A stretch of DNA of 12,153 nt from Azolla caroliniana. Taxonomy: Eukaryota; Plantae; Polypodiophyta. Below, piece after piece: positions 1 to 8,590 of the stretch. Both the position numbers and the translations under genes were made by a program. Below the pieces are notes generated by a model, which was not told where the DNA came from, made no database searches, and saw only the letters and a list, made by a program, of their open reading frames with translations. The stretch is from NCBI GenBank assembly GCA_043228905.1, contig JBHGNT010001092.1, positions 1-12,153 of the forward strand. The letters are read 5' to 3'. Positions within the stretch are counted from its first letter, which is position 1; every line of letters begins with the position of its first letter.

Positions 1-1825
1 AAGGTTTCACACTTGCATGTCGTAGCGCCTCGTGTTACTATAATTGGTTGACATCTCTGCATTTTCGGAAAGTACATGTGGTTGGGTAGCTTTGTGCCTG
101 AAGCAATCGTGGCATGCCATGCTCATATAGCTCACTATCTATTTCACTGCTTTATTGTCTATCATACTATTGTGTGCTCACCCACATTTTCCATGAATCT
201 CTTAACTTGGATAGGCCATACTACTCATCTACCATGAATGTTTGCACTTAAAATCGGCTTGCAATGCCATGCCTTTTCCAATCATTTGTATATTGTGCTT
301 CATGAAGCCTGGCGCTGCTTTGTGGAGGATCCTTCATCTTGCATTGGCCAAAAGCATTTGAAGGTTTCACCCAGTTATATGTCCGAAGACTTAAGTGTGC
401 ACACCATTTGGCATATACGTCTATCAAGTGGTTATACATGACACGTTTCATTGTAATACATGATTTGTAAGGTCAAATTGTGCATCCTTTAGGTCCAATT
501 TCATATTCCGTGTGTGCTTACATTATTGAGCAAATGTAACTACTTGCATTACCATTACATCAACTTGCGCCAAGGGTCAAACGTGATATCGCTCTTTATA
601 ACAACTTTATTGGGTTGTTATATCTTATAGCTCACATATGTTCCTCGATGTAGAGTGGCCCTCTTAATCTTCAAGCTTTTGAAATGCATTTATAAGGTGT
701 TGTTTTCGAGAGACTTGCAAATGAGGGGGGTTTCATGTGCATGTTTAACTTGATCGTTACACCAATAAGAACATTAGCATTCCATGACATCTAATGTACA
801 TACCTACACAAATTCACAAGGATAATAAGATATTTTTAATTACAAATTTCTATCGATATATGTATATTTATTTCCATGTGTTCGACAATGAGTTAATTTT
901 AGAAGACATTGAGTCATAAGCTCAAACTTCAAATCTAATGATAAAGATCACAATAGATCCTCACATGAACTTTCATGACAATTACATCTAAGTGTATGCA
1001 ATTTGAAAAGCTTGTATAAACCCAAAAGAGTGGAGTAAAACAATAAAAGTGACAATATTCTCAATATTTGAGGATGTGAGGCTACTAATAAACACATATT
1101 TCTTCCATCAACAAAGGCTTGATAGAATGCAATGGTAAGAAATGGTTGATGCATGAAGAATATGGAGTCTAGTGCCAACCTACTTCAACATTCATCAGAA
1201 TACTCCTAGGACCCCAGTCTACTTCTCTGTAGTACACATTCGGCTATGATGCGTGTGTATTTGGTAATCATTCTAAAAACTTATGTTCGAATAAATACTT
1301 AAAAACTTTGGAATATTGTAGTGAAAACAAAAAAAAGTTGGGGTTATTATGGTGGTATGCATGAAAAACAAGGTCATATGAAATACTCAAGAAGATAAAG
1401 TTATTATTGGTAGTGCATGAATTCAAGTTCCACTCTGCAACATCCAAACATGCGATCTAACATGCCACCCCTGAGTAATGAGATGACACCATGTCAACTT
1501 TGCATGTGACTTGTGATCAACTTAGCCTTACAAATACCACAAGAAATAAGATGTCATCATGACAATGTTGTAAGTACCTCATGAATCCGACATCCAAAAA
1601 TATAAGCAACAAGATGTTGCCATGTGAACATTAGAAAATGTCACCATATCAATGTCGAAATATTATTGGCATCCAAGTCAAAACTAGAAGATCTTAGATG
1701 ATGGCATACTTCTTCAGTTAACTACTATCCCTTGTTTTTCATTTGCACACAAGGAGGTATTGTCTTCTAAGCACCATTAGCCTTTCTACCATGATCCATG
1801 ACTATGGTTGAGCTAATAAATAATT

Positions 1826-3122
1826 CGTTGGGAAAGTTTCGCGCGTGTGTATTACTCGAGCGGAACCACGGGGGTCTCGGACTAGGGAGCAAGAAGGGAT
1901 GGAGAAGACCCAAGTCATGCTTATCGATTAAGACTACTTGCCGAGCAAGGGCTCATTGGCCCTTTTGTGGGCCGATGGCTTTCGTTGACCACGACTCGTG
2001 AGGCTTTCGACCTCACCGCACGAGTGAACGGACGGGTACACAAGAAAAAACGAACGCACAAGGCAAACACACAATGAATGGAATGAGAATGCAAGCACGA
2101 AAGTTTGGATGCCTTTATGAGGAGGAGAGGTGCATGAGCACGCCCAAAACCCTCCCTCATCACAAGACGACCGAATGTACAAAGAAGACACAAAGCACAC
2201 ACACGAATGTCCGTGCGCCTTATGAGGAGGAGAGGTGCATGGGCAATGCCCAAAACGCTCCCTCGTCACAAGATGACCGAACATACAAGGAAGACACAAA
2301 ACACACACACGAATGCTCACACACCTTTATGAGGAGGAGAGGTGCATGAGCACGCCCGAAATGCTCCCTCGTCACAAGATGGCTGAACGTATAAGGAAGA
2401 CACAAAACACACATATGAATGCTCTTATGTCTTTATGAGGAGGAGAGGTGATGGGCACGCCCGAAATGCTCCCTCGTCACAAGACGGCTGAACGTATAAG
2501 GAAGACACAAAACACACATATGAATGCTCTTATGTCTTTATGAGGAGGAGAGGTGATGGGCACGCCCGAAACGCTCCCTTGTCACAAGACGGTCTAACGT
2601 ACAAGGAAGACACAAAACACACACACGACAGTTTGTATGCCTTCATGAGGAGGAGAGGTGCATGGGCACGCTCGAAACGCTTGATCGTCACAAGATGGCC
2701 GAACGTACAAGGAAGACACAAAACACACACATGAATGCTTGTACACCTTTATGAGGAGGAGAGGTGCATGGGCACACTCGAAACGCTCCCGCGTCACAAG
2801 ACGACCGACGAGAATAAAGAAAGAAAACACAAATGATATTGGCTAAAGAAATAATTATGTGTTTGATTCTAATGCAAAAGTCCCTATTACTTAATATATA
2901 ATTCTATATCTACAAATGCTCCTACTTTTCGTCTCGATTCTCTCCTCTCTCTTTTACACGATTTTATGTGCCTCCTTTGCACCCTTCATCTTCCCTTTTC
3001 TTTTGCACCACTTACACTCCTCATTTTCCATTTAATTTGTGCATGTGCACAAATAATTGCCCTTGTGTGCACGCACATTGCACATACACATTTTGACCCC
3101 CTTTCATCGGTTTTTTCCTACA
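1826..3122. mobile_element. Possible LTR-derived segment carrying the tandem array
   Basis: Abrupt shift to CpG-rich sequence at ~1826. Ends are weakly inverted (CGTTGGGAAA ... TTTTCCTACA). A TATA-like stretch (~2893-2908) is followed by a CT-rich tract. Against: the left end is CG rather than TG, and no TSD, clear PBS or PPT is present. Confidence 0.25.
2096..2808. repeat. Tandem array, unit 105-107 bp, ~6.7 copies
   Basis: Anchor ATGAGGAGGAGAGGTG begins at 2117, 2222, 2329, 2435, 2540, 2645 and 2751 (spacings 105, 107, 106, 105, 105, 106). The whole unit repeats, including CGTCACAAGA and GAAGACACAAAACACAC. A degenerate partial copy lies near 2025-2080. Confidence 0.95.
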
Positions 3123-3367
3123 CTCGGCATGCCACATCATGACAACGCAATGTCTTGGTGGCACACCACATTTTATTCATCAATGCACTCGTGAACCTAG
3201 GTCAAAGTCTTGGTTGTGCTGGTCTCTTTCCGAATGGACCCAAACGACCTTATGGACTAGGCCAACACATCTATCCTCAAGTCATTCTAATGTCTTCGTG
3301 GTGGATGTGGGTTCTTGGTCTCATATACATATAGTTAGTGTATTATGGTCTCACACACATTATCCAT

Positions 3368-3370
3368 CAT

Positions 3371-3411
<41 letters not shown>

Positions 3412-3480
3412 TAAATACATACATACATACATACATACATACATACATACATACATACATACATACATACATACATACAT

Positions 3481-3511
<31 letters not shown>

Positions 3512-3624
3512 TACATACATACATACATACATACATACATACATACACACATACATACATACATACATACATACATACATACATACACACACACATACAC
3601 ACACATACATATATACATACATAC
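3368..3624. repeat. Compound microsatellite (CA)n/(TACA)n, ~257 bp
   Basis: Directly visible. It accounts for the HTYI- and MYVC-repeat ORFs in the track. Confidence 0.97.
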
Positions 3625-3748
3625 TATAGAAGAAGGGCATTTTTGTAATTGATCAAAACACGAGTGTAGCTTTGGAAAAAGTTTGGAACCTCCGATTCTC
3701 CAGCTTCAATGGCGAAGCTTCCCTCTCTGCAACAGCCACAATGAATGA

Positions 3749-5719
3749 ATGTCTTCCATCTCTGTCGCAAGGCCTCCATTCCTGCCCCATACCTTCGATT
3801 CCCACATTCTCCTCCGCCTTCATCATTTCTCGAACGAGAGAATCCTCTTCCTGCAGAATATCGACCAAGACGATCAACAGGTACCATCCACTTATCCTCC
3901 TTATTCTTTTCTTTCAGTAGATCTTCTTGATTCTCGGTGTAAAGACGAAGAATCGGGTAAACTCGAACAGGCCATCCATGTCCTGTCTCACATGCGTTCT
4001 GCCCCATCCACAGCTGTTTACATAAACCTTCTGAAAGGATGTATCAGCGAGAAGTCTCTATCATATGCAAGACATGTTTATTCACATCTTGTTAAGCATA
4101 GATCACATCCTGTATGCAATGGTTTGCTTGGAGACTACGTTGTAGAGGCATTTTCAACATGTGGCTCTCTCGATGAAGCTTACCGTGTCTCACAAAGATT
4201 ACCCAGAAGAAGTGTATTTTGTTGGACATCTATTATCTCTTCTTGTGCAAATTCTGGCCGAGTCCATGAAGCTTTGTCTCTATATCGAGAGATGAAGGCT
4301 GAAGGTATAGAACCCAATCATTCAACCTTTGCTTCTCTTTTCAAAGCCTGTGGTAGTATTCCTCACTATGAAGAGGGTAAAAAATTGCATAAACTTGCAC
4401 TGAAGAGAGGATTTGCTTCCGATGCCTTTGTCGGCACTGCTCTTATGAATATGTACAACAAATTCGGCAACATTTCCGACGCGGAAAGCGTGTTTAGAGA
4501 TATGTCAAGACATGATATCATATCGTGGACGACCATGCTTACGCTGTATGTTGATAATGGACATGGAGAAAAGGCTTTACAACTATACAGAGAGATGCAA
4601 GTCAGGTGTGGTAGTGCTCTCCTAGATGACCGAGTATTTGTGGTTTCTCTTCAAGCATGTGGCATTCTTGCTGAAGAAGAGGAGGCTTTGATCATGGATG
4701 GCCGACCAATTAAACTCATGTCTCTAGATATCACGAGGGCATTACATGCCGATGCTTGTCAGAAGGGATATGGATCTAATGTCTACGTTTGCACTACGCT
4801 CGTGAATACATATGGCAAATGTGGGGATGTTTCCCTTGCCGAGCAAGTGTTCAATGGGTTATCTGAACGCAACATTGTCTCATGGAATGCAATGTTTTCA
4901 ACATATGTTGACCTTAGGTTAGGGGAGAAAGCTTTGCATCTATACCAATGCATGCAAAAAGAACAAGTAGGACCTGATGATGTCACCTTCAAATGCATTC
5001 TGCAAGCATGTAGTGAAACCGGAAGCTTAGAATTTTGCAAACATGTCCATTTTCATATCATAACAATGGGGTATGATTATGATCCCTCTGTGACCTCAAC
5101 TCTAATTCATGGCTATGGAAGCTGTGGTAGTATGGTTGATGCGGAAGCTACATTTCATCTTCTTTCTACGCATGATACAGTGTCTTGGTCTGCTTTCATT
5201 TCTAGCCACACAGGTGAAGGAAATTGTGTAGCTAGCTTGAATATGTATATGATGTCACAATTTTCAGGAGTACAACCCAATGAGATTACCTTTACTGCGG
5301 TGCTTGTAGCCTGTAGTCATGCTGGCTTGGTTATGGAAGGTCTCCATTTCTTCAATTTTGTTACGAGGCATGATAGTACTGGCTCTATAACGCTAAATCT
5401 GAAGCATTTTAGCACAATGGTTGACTTATTAGGTCGTGCTGGTAATTTCAAGGTGCTAAAGAAGATGTTGGAGATGATGCCGATGAGGGCTGATTTGACC
5501 TTCTGGTTGTGTTTGTTGAATGTATGCAGAATACATGGCAATGTCGACCTTGGAGAAAAGGTGTTCGATCATGCGGTGTCTCTGCAACCGGAGCACCCTG
5601 CAGCATATGTTTTTATGTCGAATATTTATGCTGATGCTGGACTACAAGAGTGTGTAACTGAGCTAAAACGTTCGATGCGAATGCTAGGCTTTGAAGGAGT
5701 TTGGAAAGAGCTTGAATGA
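3749..5719 (+). CDS. PLS-class pentatricopeptide repeat protein, E subgroup (14 PPR motifs + E1 + E2, no DYW); probable organellar RNA-editing specificity factor
   Basis: Seen: uninterrupted 656 aa ORF that I parse by eye as L-S-P-L-S-P-L-S-P-L-S-P2-L2-S2-E1-E2. Example motifs: SVFCWTSIISSCANSGRVHEALSLYREM, NIVSWNAMFSTY, NEITFTAVLVACSHAGLV, HFSTMVDLLGRAG, FWLCLLNVCRIHGNVDLGEKVF, AAYVFMSNIYADAG. No HxE/CxxC deaminase motif or DYW end. Established: PLS-E proteins act in organellar RNA editing. The exact start codon is uncertain (see findings). Confidence 0.95.
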   Translation: MSSISVARPPFLPHTFDSHILLRLHHFSNERILFLQNIDQDDQQVPSTYPPYSFLSVDLLDSRCKDEESGKLEQAIHVLSHMRSAPSTAVYINLLKGCISEKSLSYARHVYSHLVKHRSHPVCNGLLGDYVVEAFSTCGSLDEAYRVSQRLPRRSVFCWTSIISSCANSGRVHEALSLYREMKAEGIEPNHSTFASLFKACGSIPHYEEGKKLHKLALKRGFASDAFVGTALMNMYNKFGNISDAESVFRDMSRHDIISWTTMLTLYVDNGHGEKALQLYREMQVRCGSALLDDRVFVVSLQACGILAEEEEALIMDGRPIKLMSLDITRALHADACQKGYGSNVYVCTTLVNTYGKCGDVSLAEQVFNGLSERNIVSWNAMFSTYVDLRLGEKALHLYQCMQKEQVGPDDVTFKCILQACSETGSLEFCKHVHFHIITMGYDYDPSVTSTLIHGYGSCGSMVDAEATFHLLSTHDTVSWSAFISSHTGEGNCVASLNMYMMSQFSGVQPNEITFTAVLVACSHAGLVMEGLHFFNFVTRHDSTGSITLNLKHFSTMVDLLGRAGNFKVLKKMLEMMPMRADLTFWLCLLNVCRIHGNVDLGEKVFDHAVSLQPEHPAAYVFMSNIYADAGLQECVTELKRSMRMLGFEGVWKELE

Positions 5720-6518
5720 TCACAAGTAATTGAGTATATTATACCATGAGGATTATTGCTTTTGGAGGTTTTGTTCTCCTTCTCAAACAGAGAAATCATT
5801 GTATTGGGATGGCGGTGCTTTTTGATCTAGTGCCATTTGCTTTTACTATCCCATTCGATATATATTAGAAAAGCATGGGTAAAATACAAAGGTGTTGCAC
5901 ACATTGTTGGTGAAGGCTCAATTAAATGATGAAGATGGCGCATGTAATCATTGTGAGAGAATTTTTAATTACCACCTTTTGGCTCAAATTGGTTGGGACT
6001 TATTGTACAAAGCAGTAATGTAACCCTACATGCTCGACACTGTAACAAATAAGCAATTCCTTGCAGTTAATCAGCAATTCGACAATGCAATCATTCATTG
6101 GGTTATTGGACAATGTGAATAATCGATGTACTCTTAGGTTATGAACAGTGTTCTGGATGCACTCATTTCAAAGTGACGAGTTTTCGTTATGAATCACCCA
6201 CAATGTTCATAATGATGATTTCATATTAACAATTCTCCACATCAATATGATGTTATTGGAAGTATTGTTTTGATAATTGCTAGCAAATATATTGAACTTG
6301 GATGATAAGGCATACAAGTTATTGATCCAATTTTATGAGGCGGTCCATCTTGATGCGGTAATAGGTCCAAGGGTTTCTTTCATAATAATAAAAAAGCCTA
6401 TGTGAGATGAAGTAGAAGCAAATTATTATGTGTGATACTCATTGGCATGCAAATCATACTTGCTTCTCATGGACATGCACTTACTATTTTGTTACATGTC
6501 AATATATACCCTTGGGAA

Positions 6519-6772
6519 TAGGAATCGGCAATGGTTTGGTTTTGTTCTTAAATCGGTCAAAGCTTAACCAATTTGGCCAAAGGTTTAGGAATTGGTTTAA
6601 GTCTAAATTGGTTTGACCCAATCCGGTCCAGTTCGGCTTGAGACTTGCCAAACCAAGCTTAAACTGGTTTATGAAGCTCAAGCGTGAGCTAAGCCTAAGC
6701 TGAACCGCCAAATTGTTTAAAAACGGTTTAACGGCTCGGTTTAGGCTTGAATTGAGTCGTTGTCGACTCCTA
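6519..6772. mobile_element. Non-autonomous hAT-superfamily element (MITE-like), 254 bp
   Basis: Perfect 8 bp direct flanks CTTGGGAA (6511-6518 and 6773-6780). Terminal inverted repeats TAGGAATCGGCAATGG versus TAGGAGTCGACAACGA (reverse complement of the right end): 12/16 identical, all mismatches transitions. The interior is dense in CGGTT/TGGTT/AACCG-type motifs. An 8 bp TSD with TAGG termini is an established hAT signature. Confidence 0.85.
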
Positions 6773-7899
6773 CTTGGGAAAACCAAGAGAATAAAATCAT
6801 TTATTAAAAGAACCAATTTAATTTCCTATGAAGAGTGTTACATAACATATTTCTTACATAAACATGTCTATTTTGCGAATGTTAATAGTGCGAACAAGAA
6901 AGTTGGTTTTTATGTTTTAGGATTTTGAGTCTACTTTATTGTCTATTGAGACATATTGTATATGACTCAAGTCTATTTTGGATTGGGAGTTTGCATGAAT
7001 AATTTAATAATCTCCTTTTGCGTTCATGTGAACGTATTTGATAATCATGTAGGAGCAGATAAAGAAAGTCTATATTACATACTGTTAGACTAAAGTGTAT
7101 ATGGTTTTTAAAATGTGAATACAATATTAGATTGATTGTCAAGAGAAAGGTGTAGTCATATGTGGCTCATGTAATTTTCTAAAGGTTGCTCCGTTGTTTA
7201 AGTAGGGAGCATGTGTATGTGTATCCAACTTTGACATGCGTGCATATAGTAGACGAACATATTTTATTACAATCCCTTAGAATTTAGTATGACCAATAAA
7301 ACCAAAATGATCGAGTGGGTGAGAGAGAGATGGAAAGTATGTATGTGATGCTAGGTTACAAATGTTACAAGATATTTTAAAAATAGGATATTTGAAGGCC
7401 AAGTACAAGTAAGGATCTAGAACATAGACATTCAAAATACATATGTACATATATGAAAAACATATTTAAATGCCATAAAGACTATACATATCTATAGTGA
7501 CTTTTATGTAATTTATGATAGATGTCGTTAGCTACACATGTACGTGGAATAATTAAAGTATTGCAGTACCCCCTATTACAATGTATGGAGTGCACTCATC
7601 TTTAGTTCAACATGAGATCTTGTTGCTCTTATAAATACAAGTAGTGTCTTGTGAACACGTTATGCCTTGTGACCATGTGGGTCTTATTTTGAACACATTG
7701 CTCTTATATTAGCACATGGGCTATCTTCTCCTCTCAAACATGTGCTTGATTTTATGTGAATGCGCAAGTTTCGTGTTGAATATACAAGTGTCATTGTGTG
7801 GCACAATATCAACAGTTCTTGATTAATGTGAGGATTTTTGAAATGTGACCTGGGTGTTGTTCCTAGCTTGCAATGCAAAAAACAAGGTTAACTTACCAA

Positions 7900-8590
7900 T
7901 GTTAAAACACTTATATTAAGGCTTATCCTTGGGCAGGGAGAGTATTGTTGATGTGGTAACTCCTTAGAGTAGGTAGTAGTTTTGCCTCTATGTAGTTCAC
8001 CATGAGATTGCTAGAAAGGGCATCTGTAGATGGAGTAGATTTGGGACATGGTTTGATCATTATGTTTTTGGATCCCTTTATCTCCATGACATGGGTGAGG
8101 TGCTCCTTTGCAATTCATTACATGTTGCCACTTGTGATGAATACCCACCAGTTTGTATAGAACTCAATTGATTTATTCTAGGCTATAAGGGCAGTTGATG
8201 TTTAGTTCTTTGATTGGTTTTCCATTCGAGATGTCATTTGAAACTGAAAATTTCATGTTTCCTTTGGATCCCTCCAAGAACCTTTATAAGGACTTTTTGT
8301 ACTTGATATATTCTACATTGCTTATGGCCTTACTTGTCAACCGTCATCCTGCACACAAAAACCTTGTTTTTCATAGCTTTAGTGGGAGGATAGGTTGTTT
8401 CATTGAGGTTTGCAACTTATCTCTTAAGAGTTTGATGGATTCCCCCATGAGTCGGTAGTTAGAATGGGGTGTTTCCTTTCTTACACATTTCTACCTTTTT
8501 CCAACCCCCTTAACTATTAGTTTGTGGACATTCAACCATTTAGGTATCCTTTTTGCCATAGTTTTCTCTACTAGATTATTACCATACCTG
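7900..8590 (+). mobile_element. Probable decayed LINE (L1-like) ORF1 fragment (DUF4283/zinc-knuckle-like)
   Basis: Collinear motif remnants interrupted by stops and frameshifts: VDLGHGLIIMF (8035-8067; cf. DLGxGFFL.F), FSGRIGCFIEV, GFPHESVVRMG, and PLNY*...QPFRYPFCHSF (~8505-8565; cf. LDY...PFRCxxCH). Recognised by eye only; boundaries approximate. Confidence 0.35.

Noticed and set aside
1-580. Stop-interrupted minus-strand reading frame extending ORF 248-451, with AAGGTTTCAC repeated at 1 and 361
   Set aside because: Could be a decayed TE coding region, but I recognise no domain and the 10 bp repeat does not extend.
597-622. Hairpin TATAACAAC-N8-GTTGTTATA
   Set aside because: A 9 bp AT-rich stem is plausible by chance in 12 kb, and there is no supporting context.
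2096-2808. CRISPR-like array (regularly spaced conserved ATGAGGAGGAGAGGTG)
   Set aside because: The intervening sequences are homologous to each other rather than unique spacers, no cas genes are present, and the context is a spliced eukaryotic locus.
1798-2830. Cluster of short ORFs on both strands
   Set aside because: By-products of the tandem array; unit lengths of 106 and 107 break frame and there is no recognisable domain.
3035-3054. Near-palindrome ATTTGTGCA-TG-TGCACAAAT
   Set aside because: Short, in a low-complexity TG/CA-rich patch, with no assignable function.
3139-3652. HTYI- and MYVC-repeat ORFs
   Set aside because: Translations of the microsatellite.
3624-5541. Antisense ORFs overlapping the PPR gene (3624-4007, 3653-3877, 4783-5040, 5317-5541)
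   Set aside because: No independent motifs; expected antisense shadows of a coding region.
6045-6350. Faint PPR L2/E2-like peptides (FLAV..CNH..GLLD; DDKAYKLLIQFY)
   Set aside because: Needs several frameshifts to align and cannot be distinguished from chance by eye.
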